Origin: an uncultured Erysipelotrichaceae bacterium
GTDB taxonomy: Bacteria > Bacillota_I > Bacilli_A > Erysipelotrichales > Erysipelotrichaceae
Length of the DNA stretch: 32,000 nucleotides
Assembly: GCA_942492995.1 (NCBI GenBank)
Contig: OW818653.1
Span: 360,001-392,000, forward strand
Reading direction: 5' to 3'
Every line of letters starts with the position of its first letter. Within the stretch, counting starts at the first letter, position 1. A model generated the notes under the pieces. The model worked only from the letters and a program-made list of their open reading frames with translations. It was not told the origin of the DNA and ran no database searches. The position numbers and the translations under genes were made by a program. Shown here in pieces: positions 15,281 through 25,693 of the stretch.

Positions 15281-16237
15281 ATGAAAAAAATTATACTCAT
15301 ATTTATTAGTTCAATACTCATATTAACTAGCTTAACGGCTTGTAAACTATCGGTTTTAAATGTTGGGGTTACAACGTATCCTATCCAATATTTAGTTAAT
15401 CGTATTGCGCAAGATAAAGTAAATGTTATTCAATTTAGTGAAGGACAAACGATTTCGCGAGCTCAGATTGTGGCGGACTATAAAGATAAACTCGAGACGA
15501 CAGATGTCGTATTCTATTTTGGCAAACTTGAACCTTATTTTTCTGTTTATTTAAATGAATTTCAAAACTCAAGTACTCAATTAGTTGATTTAACAAGCAA
15601 TGCGGGAGTTTATCGTTTCCAAAGATACACTGTCACAAACGTTGGAAATACTCAAGTGACACTTGAGAATACATATTATGATTCTAATTTATTCGATAAT
15701 GTGAATACATACGATACCGATCCAATGTTGTGGTTAGATCCAATCACGATGATATCAATGGCAGGAACAATTAAAGATTGGTTAATTGAAAAATTCCCTG
15801 AAGAAAAGAATTTATTTACATCTAACTATGATGTACTCAAACAAGAATTAGCTCGACTAGATGCGGATTATCAAGAATTATGGCACCAAGATATTAGCCT
15901 AGTATCAGTAACTCCAAGTTTTGGGAACTGGCAAAAAGCATACGGTGTTCAAGTTTATCCATTAATACTATCGAGATATGGTGTACTTCCTTCAGCTGAA
16001 CAATTAGCGGCAATAAAAGAAAAGATTAAAACAGATGGCGTTAAATTAATCGTTCATGAACCTAATTTAACAGAAGACATGGAAGCACTCTATAATACGA
16101 TTAAAAAGGATTTAGAGCTTGAATCAATTGAGTTACATAGTTTATCGTTCTTAAGTGAATTGGATGTGACAAATAATAAGAATTATATGACAATCATGTT
16201 TGAGAATCTTAATACATTAGAAGGATTAGCACCTTAA
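15281..16237 (+). CDS. ZnuA/TroA-fold (cluster A-I) solute-binding lipoprotein with a degenerate metal site, orphan
   Basis: 318 aa with lipobox LTSLTAC. Family landmarks are present (TTYPIQYLV, DPMLWLDP, EPNLTEDM), but the usual His ligands are absent (DPHxWLDP reads DPMLWLDP; HxAFxY reads PSFGNW). No ABC permease or ATPase gene is adjacent. Confidence 0.6.
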   Translation: MKKIILIFISSILILTSLTACKLSVLNVGVTTYPIQYLVNRIAQDKVNVIQFSEGQTISRAQIVADYKDKLETTDVVFYFGKLEPYFSVYLNEFQNSSTQLVDLTSNAGVYRFQRYTVTNVGNTQVTLENTYYDSNLFDNVNTYDTDPMLWLDPITMISMAGTIKDWLIEKFPEEKNLFTSNYDVLKQELARLDADYQELWHQDISLVSVTPSFGNWQKAYGVQVYPLILSRYGVLPSAEQLAAIKEKIKTDGVKLIVHEPNLTEDMEALYNTIKKDLELESIELHSLSFLSELDVTNNKNYMTIMFENLNTLEGLAP

Positions 16238-16262
16238 CCAAAGTTTGACTTTGGTTTTTTTA
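16237..16262 (+). terminator. Rho-independent terminator
   Basis: ACCAAAGT (16237-16244), loop TTG, ACTTTGGT (16248-16255), then a T7 run. Confidence 0.8.
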
Positions 16263-16299
16263 TACCACTTGTATGTTAAAATAGTGAAGTGAGGTTCCT

Positions 16300-18831
16300 A
16301 TGAAAAAAATGTTACTTGTAGATGGTAATTCGCTCTTCTTTAGAGCGTATTATGCGACTGCTTATACGCGTATGACTACGACATCTTTTGGTGTCCCAAC
16401 CAATGCAGTATTTGGCTTTGCGACCATGTTAAATAAAGCGATAGAATTAGTTTCTCCCCAAGCAATGGTAATTGCGTTTGATAGTGGGAAGAAAACATTT
16501 AGACATGATAAATTTGAAGACTATAAAGGTACACGTAAAGAACTACCAACTGAGCTTGTTCAACAATTTCCAATCGTACGTGAATATTGTGAAGCACAGG
16601 GGTATTGTTACTACCAACACGATGGATTAGAAGCCGATGATATTATTGGTTCACTCGTAAAACGATATCCAGATTGGGATATCAATGTATTAAGTAGTGA
16701 TAAAGATTTATTACAACTAATCGATAAAACAACGTCTGTTTGGTTAATGAAAAAAGGTCTAACAGAAATTGAAAAAATGGATGAAGCTGCACTAAAAGAA
16801 ATGTGGAACTTAAGACCGGATCAAATTCCTGATTTAAAAGGGTTAATGGGAGACGCGTCCGATAATATTCCAGGTTTACCAGGTGTTGGTGAAAAAACTG
16901 CTCTTAAACTATTGGATGAATATGGAAGTGTTGAAAATGTTATTGCGAATTCGAGTCAATTAAAAGGAAAACTTAAATTAACAGTTGAAGAGTTTTATGA
17001 AAAAGCGACTTTCTCAAAATGGCTAGCAACCATCAAAACAGATGCGGAATTTGAACTTAATTTAAATAGTGCATTATTTCAACCAAACATCTTTACAGCG
17101 AATGAATTCTTTATTAAATATGAAATGAAGACGTTAATTAAAGAAGCGAATGTAAATAATGGACATACGTCTGAAAATATGAGCTTCCATGATTTGAATC
17201 TATCTGGAATGATTAGTATTTTTGCGCACTATCGACTTGATCAAGATTGGCCTCATCCAATTCTTGGTTTAGCATTTTCGGATGGAGAAAGAAGTTGTTA
17301 CTTAAGTTATGAAGAATTAGTTACACATCCTAGTGCACTAGAGATGTGTGAAAATAAGAAAGATTTAATTACATACGATATAAAGAGTTTAATGCATGCG
17401 CAAACGGATGAATTCAAAATAAACACAAATGTTTGGGATTGTATGATCCTTGGTTTTACTGTCGATAGTAACTTAAATACATATCAAAAATTAGCAGATC
17501 AATACCAATGGCCATCCTATCCAGTTGCTAAGTTAGATGAAGAAAATACAGGATTAGCTCGTCAAATAGCGCTTAAGATGCATACTAGTTTTAAACAAAT
17601 GAAAGAAACATGTGAACAAGAAGGATTACTCGAAGTCTATACAGACATTGACTATCCTTTAGTGACTGTTTTATATGAAATGGAAAAAGATGGAATACGT
17701 GTTAATGGCGCAATCTTAGATGAAATTGCGGAATCAAGTCTAGCAAATTTAAATCGTTTGGCAAAAGACATCTATGGTTTTGCGGGTAAAGAATTTAATA
17801 TCAATTCACCGAAACAATTAGGCGAAATATTATTTACGCATTTAAACTTAAGTGCAAATCGTAAACTTTCGACATCCATTGAAGTGCTAGAAAGTTTAAG
17901 AAATGATCATCCAATTATTGAACCATTAATTGAGTATCGTAAGTATCAAAAAATATACTCTACGTATGCGGTAGGATTAAAGAAATTTATCTTAGCTGAC
18001 CAAAAAATACATACTGTGTATAATATGACAACTGCACAAACAGGACGATTATCATCAACGGATCCAAACCTTCAGAATATATCGATAAAAGACGAAGAAG
18101 CTCGTGAAATACGTAAAGCATTCTTGCCAAGTGAAAATAATGTACTATTCGCCTGTGATTATTCACAAATTGAGCTACGTGTTTTAGCTCACATGGCAGA
18201 TGAAAAATCGTTAATTGAAGCATTTACACATAATATCGATATTCATACTAAAACCGCAATGGATGTCTTCGGCTTAAAAGAAGAAGAAATAAATTCGAAA
18301 GTAAGACGTCAAGCTAAAGCAGTTAACTTTGGAATTATCTATGGTATCTCTGATTTTGGCTTAGCAGCTCAAATTGGAACAGATCGATATACGGCAAAAA
18401 CATTTATTGAACAATATCTTAAAACGTATAGTGGCATAAAAGGGTATATGGATTCTACAATCGCATTCTGTCAAGCGAACGGATATGTAGAAACATTATT
18501 CAAACGTAGAAGAAGTATTCCTGAAATAAATTCTAGCCAATATCAAGTCCGTGAGTTTGGTAAGCGTGCCGCAATGAATGCGCCTATTCAAGGTACAGCG
18601 GCAGATATTATAAAAATTGCGATGATTAAAATTTATCAAAAGTTAAAAGAAAATGATTATAAAACACGTATGTTAATTTCGGTACACGATGAATTGGTTT
18701 TTGATGTACCGAAAAATGAATTAGAAGAAGTACGTAAACTTATTGAAGACACAATGATTCATGCGGTTGATTTAAATGTACCAATGGATGTATCAAGTAG
18801 TCATGGTAATAACTGGTACGAGGCTAAATAA
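16300..18831 (+). CDS. polA: DNA polymerase I
   Basis: 843 aa. 5'-nuclease domain (LLVDGNSLFFRAYYA, GDASDNIPGLPGVGEKTA) and pol motifs A (DYSQIELRVLAH), B (RRQAKAVNFGIIYG) and C (SVHDELVF). The central 3'-5' exo-like region lacks an obvious DxE Exo I motif, as in other Bacillota PolA. Confidence 0.95.
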   Translation: MKKMLLVDGNSLFFRAYYATAYTRMTTTSFGVPTNAVFGFATMLNKAIELVSPQAMVIAFDSGKKTFRHDKFEDYKGTRKELPTELVQQFPIVREYCEAQGYCYYQHDGLEADDIIGSLVKRYPDWDINVLSSDKDLLQLIDKTTSVWLMKKGLTEIEKMDEAALKEMWNLRPDQIPDLKGLMGDASDNIPGLPGVGEKTALKLLDEYGSVENVIANSSQLKGKLKLTVEEFYEKATFSKWLATIKTDAEFELNLNSALFQPNIFTANEFFIKYEMKTLIKEANVNNGHTSENMSFHDLNLSGMISIFAHYRLDQDWPHPILGLAFSDGERSCYLSYEELVTHPSALEMCENKKDLITYDIKSLMHAQTDEFKINTNVWDCMILGFTVDSNLNTYQKLADQYQWPSYPVAKLDEENTGLARQIALKMHTSFKQMKETCEQEGLLEVYTDIDYPLVTVLYEMEKDGIRVNGAILDEIAESSLANLNRLAKDIYGFAGKEFNINSPKQLGEILFTHLNLSANRKLSTSIEVLESLRNDHPIIEPLIEYRKYQKIYSTYAVGLKKFILADQKIHTVYNMTTAQTGRLSSTDPNLQNISIKDEEAREIRKAFLPSENNVLFACDYSQIELRVLAHMADEKSLIEAFTHNIDIHTKTAMDVFGLKEEEINSKVRRQAKAVNFGIIYGISDFGLAAQIGTDRYTAKTFIEQYLKTYSGIKGYMDSTIAFCQANGYVETLFKRRRSIPEINSSQYQVREFGKRAAMNAPIQGTAADIIKIAMIKIYQKLKENDYKTRMLISVHDELVFDVPKNELEEVRKLIEDTMIHAVDLNVPMDVSSSHGNNWYEAK

Positions 18832-19637
18832 TGCCAGAGCTTCCAGAAGTAGAAACCGTAGTACGGATACTTTCAACACAAATCATTCATCAAACCATTC
18901 ACAGTATTACTGTGAAATGGGTTAAAACCGTTGAGAATAAAGACGTATTTATTAAAGAAGTTGTTGGACAAACAATTCAATCGATAACACGTCGGGGTAA
19001 ATACATCTGTGTTAATTTAGATCGAGGCACAATCCTTATCCATCTTAGAATGGAAGGAAAATTCTATATTCGAGAAAAAAATGAATTACCATTTAAACAT
19101 ACGCATGTCATTCTACATCTTGATGCATATAACTTAGAATTTAATGATACGCGTAAATTTGGTAGAATGATGTATAAAGAAGATGCGCAAACATATCTCA
19201 ACACAAAGCTTGGATTAGAACCATTTGATCAAAATTTAACAGTTGATTATTTACGGAATAAGGCAAAAAATAGAAAAGTAGCGCTTAAAACATTTTTACT
19301 AGATCAATCCGTCATAGCTGGAATAGGGAATATCTATTCTGATGAGATCTGTTTTAAAATGATGAGAAATCCGCATACTTCAGTCGCAAAATTAACTAAA
19401 AAAGATTGGGTAAATTGTATACTATATACACGCGCTATTTTACAATCCGCTATTGAAGCGGGAGGAACGAGTGTTAGATCGTATACTTCAAGTTTAGGCG
19501 TCACTGGTTTATTTCAACTCAATATACTGGTCTATGGTCAAGCAAATCAACCTTGTCATAACTGTCAAACACCATTAGTTCGAGCGGTTATCGGTCAAAG
19601 ATCCAGTGTATATTGTCCAAACTGTCAAAAGAGGTAA
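18831..19637 (+). CDS. mutM: Formamidopyrimidine-DNA glycosylase
   Basis: 268 aa with the N-terminal MPELPEVETV catalytic motif, H2TH (GIGNIYSDEICF), and a C-terminal zinc finger CHNC...CPNC. Its start overlaps the polA stop (TAATG). Confidence 0.95.
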   Translation: MPELPEVETVVRILSTQIIHQTIHSITVKWVKTVENKDVFIKEVVGQTIQSITRRGKYICVNLDRGTILIHLRMEGKFYIREKNELPFKHTHVILHLDAYNLEFNDTRKFGRMMYKEDAQTYLNTKLGLEPFDQNLTVDYLRNKAKNRKVALKTFLLDQSVIAGIGNIYSDEICFKMMRNPHTSVAKLTKKDWVNCILYTRAILQSAIEAGGTSVRSYTSSLGVTGLFQLNILVYGQANQPCHNCQTPLVRAVIGQRSSVYCPNCQKR

Positions 19638-19640
19638 ACT

Positions 19641-20234
19641 ATGAGAATTGCGATAACAGGTTCAATGGGTACAGGAAAATCAACAGTTGCACAAATTATT
19701 CGTGAAATGGGCTATACCGTACATGATGCGGATCAAATAGCCAAGCAACATCTCGAAAGTGAATGTGTTAAGAATGTTCTGTTACATCGCTATGGACAAA
19801 GTATATTGAACATTGATAATACAATTGATAAAGCATATTTATCATCACGAATATTCAATTATCCTGGCGAGAAAAAATTATTAGAAGATTTACTCTATCC
19901 ATATGTGTATAGTGAATTAACACGTAGAACGGATGAACCAATCGTATTTAGTGAAGTCCCATTACTCTATGAAAGCAATGGTGAACATTATTTTGATGAA
20001 GTATGGGTTGTCGTAAGTGATGAAGCAAAAATGATAGAACGATTAAAAGTAAATCGGAATTATACCGATCAAATGATACACGAACGACTTCAACACCAAA
20101 TGTCCCAACATGATAAAGTGTTATTAGCTGATCGAATCATTGATAATAATTCGGATGTAGAAAATATAAAGAAACAAATTCAAGATAACTTGAATCGGAT
20201 AAAAAAAGAGTATGAACTTAAAAGCACAGGATAA
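19641..20234 (+). CDS. coaE: Dephospho-CoA kinase
   Basis: 197 aa with P-loop ITGSMGTGKST. Size and the conserved polA-mutM-coaE order match Bacillota. Confidence 0.85.
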   Translation: MRIAITGSMGTGKSTVAQIIREMGYTVHDADQIAKQHLESECVKNVLLHRYGQSILNIDNTIDKAYLSSRIFNYPGEKKLLEDLLYPYVYSELTRRTDEPIVFSEVPLLYESNGEHYFDEVWVVVSDEAKMIERLKVNRNYTDQMIHERLQHQMSQHDKVLLADRIIDNNSDVENIKKQIQDNLNRIKKEYELKSTG

Positions 20235-21378
20235 ATTTATTGTCGAAAATACACTTGAATGTGTAGATTTTAAACCACTATTCAAAGTATATCAAAGGAT
20301 TATCGGACCATCCGCATTAACCTTATATGGGTATCTTTTTTATGATAATAGTCCTAAGAATGAAAAAACACATCAAGATTTGTGTAATGATTTAAACATT
20401 ACACTTGCTAAATTAGATCAAGATTTTGAACGTTTAGAACAGTTTAACCTAATTGATATTTATATTAAGTACGCTAGTGAAAATCATTATGTGTATAAAG
20501 TAAATGCACCATTAACAGTCCTTGAATTCTTAAAGAATGATGTGTTTGGACGATTATTCTTAAAATTAGTTGGTTCAAGTCAATATGAATTGCATCTTGA
20601 AGAAGCGAGTACTCAATGTATATCAATCGATGGGTATGAACCAATTAAACATGCGTTGGATAAGACATTTATGCAAACATGGAGTGCACTTGAAGAGAAT
20701 AGTTTCAATGGTCAAACAGAACAGGTTAAAACACGAACGGATTTAAACTTTGATATACGTAATTTCTTAAGTGAATGTAGCCAATTACTCTTTCCTAAAC
20801 GCTATCGTACTGAATTAGCGATTGAATCAATTAAAGAAATTGGAAGTATTTATGGAATTAGTGTATCGCGTATGATTGAACTTGTTGGTAAGTGTTATAC
20901 CGAAAATGAAACAAGTCTAAACATTAAGAAACTACGGAAAATGGCGTCAAACGAGATGGTCCAAGAGTATCCAAGTGTTGAATCCGTTTATGATTATCCG
21001 CCAGTTTTATTCTTAAAGAAATTAAGAAAAGATATTGAACCAACAGCACTTGAAAAGTACTTATTAAATCAATTAATTGGATCAATGGGACTTAGTCCTA
21101 ATGTAGTAAATGTTTTAATTGAATCAAGTTATAAAGCGAATCATCAAACGATTAATACGCGTAATGTTGAGATGATTGGTATGCAATGGGCAACACTCAA
21201 TATAAAGACAGTTGATCAAGCTAAGAAACAAGCTGGTTTAAACTTTAAATCAGGAAGTACTAGCACAAAACGAAGAGTTGAAAAGGTAAGCGATTATACT
21301 GCAGTTGAACAAAAGGCATTGAGTTTCGAAGAAGAGAATGCGATTAAAGAAGCATTTATGAAACTTGGAGAAGAATAA
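20212..21378 (+). CDS. dnaB: Replication initiation/membrane attachment protein DnaB (Bacillota DnaB/DnaD family, not the helicase)
   Basis: 388 aa located immediately upstream of, and overlapping, dnaI. N-terminal winged-helix-like region (YQRIIGPSALTLYGYLF) and DnaD-like repeats. The call rests mainly on synteny plus weak motif similarity. Confidence 0.65.
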   Translation: MNLKAQDKFIVENTLECVDFKPLFKVYQRIIGPSALTLYGYLFYDNSPKNEKTHQDLCNDLNITLAKLDQDFERLEQFNLIDIYIKYASENHYVYKVNAPLTVLEFLKNDVFGRLFLKLVGSSQYELHLEEASTQCISIDGYEPIKHALDKTFMQTWSALEENSFNGQTEQVKTRTDLNFDIRNFLSECSQLLFPKRYRTELAIESIKEIGSIYGISVSRMIELVGKCYTENETSLNIKKLRKMASNEMVQEYPSVESVYDYPPVLFLKKLRKDIEPTALEKYLLNQLIGSMGLSPNVVNVLIESSYKANHQTINTRNVEMIGMQWATLNIKTVDQAKKQAGLNFKSGSTSTKRRVEKVSDYTAVEQKALSFEEENAIKEAFMKLGEE

Positions 21379-22292
21379 TGCAAAAGTTAAATATCAATGT
21401 CAGTTTAACGGATAAACAATTGGAAGATCGTAAAATACTAGCTGATAAGCTAATAAAAGATAAACGTGTTCAACTATTTTTAAATGAAAAGAAACAGACA
21501 AATGATTTAGTGTTAGAGAAAGTATCAATGTTTGAAACATGGTGCCATAACTTAGATAAATGCATTGGATGTCCAGGCTTACATGCATGTAAACAAGATG
21601 AGAATGGATATGTTTTATCACTTGATATCGATCCACTCTTAAACTTTGAACTCAAACCATGCCGTTATCAAAAAGATAAACTTGAACAAACTGCACATAA
21701 GAAATACTTCGTTATGCAAGATATTCATGATGAATATCTCTTAGCGGATGTACGTAAATTGCTTGATGTAAAAGCGGATGCTGGATATCTTGAATCCGTG
21801 AAAAAAATACCCGTTTGGTTAACAGACACTAAAAAAGGTTTATATCTATTTGGAAGTTTGGGAACGGGTAAAACGTATTTAGCGATGGCAATCTTAAACT
21901 ATTTTGCCAAACAAAATAAAAAAGTAGCGTTTGTGAATTGTCCAAACTTTGCGTATCAATTCTATAGTTCATATACAGAAGATGATAAACGGGAAGTTAA
22001 ACTTGAACAATTACGTAATGCCTACTGTATTGTATTGGATGATATTGGGGCTGAAACATATTCTTCATACTTCAGAGATGAAATATTATTCCCATTATTA
22101 AATGATCGGATGGAGAAACATAAATTAACAATCTTCACGTCAAATCATGATTTGAGTGCATTATCAAATCACTTTAGGTATAACCAAAAAGGCGATGATG
22201 AGGCATTAAAATCTAAACGTTTAATTGAACGGATAGAACGATTGTCAGATGCACACCTTATAGGTGGATTAAATCGAAGAATATCACGCTAA
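21378..22292 (+). CDS. dnaI: Primosomal helicase loader DnaI
   Basis: 304 aa with an N-terminal Cys-rich zinc module (CIGCPGLHAC...C), AAA+ Walker A GSLGTGKTYL and Walker B IVLDDIGAE. Confidence 0.85.
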   Translation: MQKLNINVSLTDKQLEDRKILADKLIKDKRVQLFLNEKKQTNDLVLEKVSMFETWCHNLDKCIGCPGLHACKQDENGYVLSLDIDPLLNFELKPCRYQKDKLEQTAHKKYFVMQDIHDEYLLADVRKLLDVKADAGYLESVKKIPVWLTDTKKGLYLFGSLGTGKTYLAMAILNYFAKQNKKVAFVNCPNFAYQFYSSYTEDDKREVKLEQLRNAYCIVLDDIGAETYSSYFRDEILFPLLNDRMEKHKLTIFTSNHDLSALSNHFRYNQKGDDEALKSKRLIERIERLSDAHLIGGLNRRISR

Positions 22293-22361
22293 ATATGTGC
22301 TAAAAATTACACAAATACAGTGTAAAATGGTATCATTTTACTGGATTAAGGAGGCGTGTCT

Positions 22362-23324
22362 ATGCTTAAACGCATTGGAGTACTAACATCAGGTGGAGAT
22401 TCACCTGGTATGAATGCGGCCATACGAGCTGTTACACGTTCTGCGTTATCGCAAGGCGTAGAGGTTGTAGCAATTGAAGATGGTTTCAAAGGTATGGTTG
22501 AGGGCAAGATGTATTTGATGAATTCAAAGTCTGTCAGCGATATCATGTTTAGAGGGGGAACGATTTTAGGTTCTGCTCGATTACCGGAATTTAAAGACAT
22601 TGAAGTTCGCAAAATTGCGATTTCAAAACTAGAAGAATTTGGCGTAGAAGCGGTTGTGGTGATCGGTGGAGATGGTTCTTACCGAGGCGCAATGGCATTA
22701 ACAAACATGGGGATTAATTGTATCGGGTTACCTGGTACGATTGATAATGATATTGTGTCGTCTGAATATACGATCGGGTTTGATACTGCACTAAATACTG
22801 TAATCCAGAACATTGATAAACTACGTGATACGAGTTCTTCGCATCATCGTTGTTCAGTTGTGGAAGTTATGGGGAATAAATGTGGTGATTTAGCACTATA
22901 TTCTGGTTTAAGCTGTGGAGCTGAAATGATTATTACAGCAGAAACAGGTTATGATGAGCAAGAAGTTTTAAGACGTTTAAGAGAATTAGATGAGACAAGA
23001 CATAAGAAACACGCCATCGTTGTGATCAGTGAAAAGATTACAGATGTAGAGATGTTAGCGAATAAGATTAGTAAAACAACTAGTTTTTCGGGTCGTTCTA
23101 CCGTGTTAGGTCATATTCAACGTGGTGGATCACCAACCGCATTCGATCGAGTATTAGCGACTCGGATGGGGGATTACGCTGTTGAATTGCTTGTTAAGGG
23201 AATTGGTGGGCATTGTGTTGGAATGGTAAATAACAAGATTACATCGTTTCCAATTGAAGAGGCATTATCATTACCTAGACCATCTCGCAAACAACTCTTT
23301 GAGTTACACCAACGATTAATTTAA
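22362..23324 (+). CDS. pfkA: ATP-dependent 6-phosphofructokinase
   Basis: About 320 aa: MLKRIGVLTSGGDSPGMNAAIRAV, GGDGSY, PGTIDND, MGNKCGDLAL, LGHIQRGG. I prefer the ATG at 22362 (AAGGAGG 7 nt upstream) over the track's GTG at 22356. Confidence 0.95.
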   Translation: MLKRIGVLTSGGDSPGMNAAIRAVTRSALSQGVEVVAIEDGFKGMVEGKMYLMNSKSVSDIMFRGGTILGSARLPEFKDIEVRKIAISKLEEFGVEAVVVIGGDGSYRGAMALTNMGINCIGLPGTIDNDIVSSEYTIGFDTALNTVIQNIDKLRDTSSSHHRCSVVEVMGNKCGDLALYSGLSCGAEMIITAETGYDEQEVLRRLRELDETRHKKHAIVVISEKITDVEMLANKISKTTSFSGRSTVLGHIQRGGSPTAFDRVLATRMGDYAVELLVKGIGGHCVGMVNNKITSFPIEEALSLPRPSRKQLFELHQRLI

Positions 23325-23341
23325 ATAAGAGGAGAAATAAA

Positions 23342-24766
23342 ATGAAACAAATTAGAAAAACAAAAATTATATGTACGTTAGGACCTGCGTCCGAAACACC
23401 AGAAATGATTACTAAATTAGCAGAAGCTGGTATGAATATCGTAAGATTAAACTTTTCACATGGTGATCATGAAACCCATGGTGCACGTATTAAAATGGTT
23501 CGTGAAATCTGTGAAACAGCTGGATATAATTTAGGTATTATGCTTGATACAAAGGGTCCTGAAATCCGTTGTGGAGAAATGACTGGTGGCGTATTGACCT
23601 TTACTAAAGGCGATACTGTTAAAGTTGTTAAGGAAGTTGTACTTGGTACAAATGAACGTTTCCATGTCGATTGTCCTGAAATGTATGCGGATGTAAAACC
23701 TGGTAATTACTTACTTATTGATGATGGTAAAATGCGTTTAACCATTACAGATGTTCAACCGGGTGTATTAACATGTCGTATTGAAAACTCAGGTATTATC
23801 AAAACTCGTAAGGGTGTAAATGTACCGAATGTTAAATTATCAATGCCATTTATCTCAGAAAAAGATGAAAGTGATATCCGTTTTGGATGTCAAATGGATG
23901 TGGATTTCATTGCGGCAAGTTTTGTACGTCGTGGATCTGATGTTCTTGCGATTCGTAAAATCTTATTATCTGAAGGTAAGACAAATATCCAAATTATTGC
24001 TAAGATTGAAAACCAAGAAGGATATAACAATCTTGATGAAATCTTAGAAGTTGCGGATGGAGTAATGGTTGCGCGTGGTGACTTAGGTGTTGAAGTAAGT
24101 ACACAACTTGTTCCTATTTACCAAAAGAAGATGATCAAGCGTGCAAATGAAGTTGGTAAACCAGTTATTACTGCAACTCATATGTTAGAGTCTATGATGG
24201 CTAATCCACGTCCTACACGTGCTGAGGCAAGTGATGTTGCGAATGCAGTATTAGATGGTAGTGATGCGATTATGTTAAGTGGTGAAACAGCTGCAGGGGA
24301 ATATCCTTTAGAAGCTGTTAAAACAATGGATACAATTGCGTTAGCGATGGAAGAAATCCTTCCTTACCGTGAACGTTTAGACCAAGCGATTAAAACATCA
24401 CGTAAAACAATTCAAGATGCGATTGGTATTTCCGTTGCGGATTCTGCTTTACAATTAGACAAAGTTAAAGCGATTGTCGCATTTACACAAGGTGGATCAA
24501 CTGCTCGACGTATTAGTAAATTCCGTCCTACAGTTCCTATATTTGCAGTAACGTTCACAAAATCTGTGCAACGTAAATTAGAATGTCATTGGGGAGTAAT
24601 TCCTATCTTGTCTGATATCAAGAATGAAATGACAAATGATGATGAACTTGCGACTATAATTGCGAAAGATCGCGGACTTGTTCGTGGAGATTATGTCATT
24701 ATTACAGCTGGATATCCTACAGGTGAGGGTACTGCTAATATGATGAAGATTGTTGAAATAAAATAA
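23342..24766 (+). CDS. pyk: Pyruvate kinase (no C-terminal PEP-utilizer extension)
   Basis: 474 aa: KTKIICTLGPAS, NFSHG, MLDTKGPEIR, MVARGDLGVE, SGETAAGEYP. Confidence 0.95.
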   Translation: MKQIRKTKIICTLGPASETPEMITKLAEAGMNIVRLNFSHGDHETHGARIKMVREICETAGYNLGIMLDTKGPEIRCGEMTGGVLTFTKGDTVKVVKEVVLGTNERFHVDCPEMYADVKPGNYLLIDDGKMRLTITDVQPGVLTCRIENSGIIKTRKGVNVPNVKLSMPFISEKDESDIRFGCQMDVDFIAASFVRRGSDVLAIRKILLSEGKTNIQIIAKIENQEGYNNLDEILEVADGVMVARGDLGVEVSTQLVPIYQKKMIKRANEVGKPVITATHMLESMMANPRPTRAEASDVANAVLDGSDAIMLSGETAAGEYPLEAVKTMDTIALAMEEILPYRERLDQAIKTSRKTIQDAIGISVADSALQLDKVKAIVAFTQGGSTARRISKFRPTVPIFAVTFTKSVQRKLECHWGVIPILSDIKNEMTNDDELATIIAKDRGLVRGDYVIITAGYPTGEGTANMMKIVEIK

Positions 24767-24785
24767 TAATAAATAGAGGAAAGAA

Positions 24786-25685
24786 ATGAAAACGGTAATT
24801 GGGATTGATTTAGGTGGTACGAATGTACGTGTTGCCAAAGTTAGTGAAGATGGTCAAATTTTACAAGTTGTAACAGGTCCTTCATATGCTTTAGAAGGAA
24901 CAGATAAAGTTATGACAAATCTTAAATCATTAATTCGCCAAATTGATGGTTTTAATGAAGTTGTTGGGATTGGGATTGGGGTACCGGGTCCAGTTGATAC
25001 TGTAAAAGGTGTTATGACGATGGCTACCAATTTACCGGGTTTTGAAAACTATCCTATGGCTCAAGAAATTGAGCGTGAATTTAATTTACCGACATACGTT
25101 GATAATGATGCGAATGTGGCTGGTTTAGCAGAAGCACTTGTTGGCGCAGGTAAAGGGTATAAGATTGTTTATTACATTACGCATTCGACAGGTGTTGGCG
25201 GAGCTTTAGTTGCGGATGGAAAAGTTATATCAGGCAAGAATGGTTATGCAGGTGAAGTTGGAAATATCATCGTTACGAGTGAAGGTGAAAAGATTAATCA
25301 TTTAAATGTTGGGGCTGCAGAGAATGTGTTTAGTGGTACAGCTTTAGTAAAAGATGCTAAAGAAAAACTAAATCCAAACATTACTTCCGCTAAAGCGATT
25401 TTCGATTTAGCTAAAGAAGGTAATGTTGTAGCACAAAAAATGATTGATGATATGGCATATCATTTTGCGGTCTTATGTTCCGCAATTGGGCATGTTGTAG
25501 ATCCACATGTATTCGTTATCGGTGGTGGTGTTTCAAAATCACATGAAGCATATTTCGATAAAATTTTAGAAAATTACAATAAACTAGTGCATGTTGGTAT
25601 GCGCAATCCACTATTTAAACGTGCTGAATTATCAGAACCTGGAATTGTTGGGGCCGCAATGTTACCTATTTCACATGGACAATAA
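24786..25685 (+). CDS. ROK-family sugar kinase (glucokinase-like), lacking the ROK zinc motif
   Basis: 299 aa with the N-terminal ATPase motif IGIDLGGTNVRVA, DNDANVAGLAE and YAGEVGN. The usual GH-x(9-11)-CxCGxxGCxE reads GN...INHLNVGAAE. Confidence 0.75.
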   Translation: MKTVIGIDLGGTNVRVAKVSEDGQILQVVTGPSYALEGTDKVMTNLKSLIRQIDGFNEVVGIGIGVPGPVDTVKGVMTMATNLPGFENYPMAQEIEREFNLPTYVDNDANVAGLAEALVGAGKGYKIVYYITHSTGVGGALVADGKVISGKNGYAGEVGNIIVTSEGEKINHLNVGAAENVFSGTALVKDAKEKLNPNITSAKAIFDLAKEGNVVAQKMIDDMAYHFAVLCSAIGHVVDPHVFVIGGGVSKSHEAYFDKILENYNKLVHVGMRNPLFKRAELSEPGIVGAAMLPISHGQ

Positions 25686-25693
25686 GGAGATTT

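Noticed and set aside
22356-22361. GTG start for pfkA
   Set aside because: It lies 1 nt after the AAGGAGG RBS. The ATG at 22362 gives the canonical MLKRIGVLTSGGD N-terminus.
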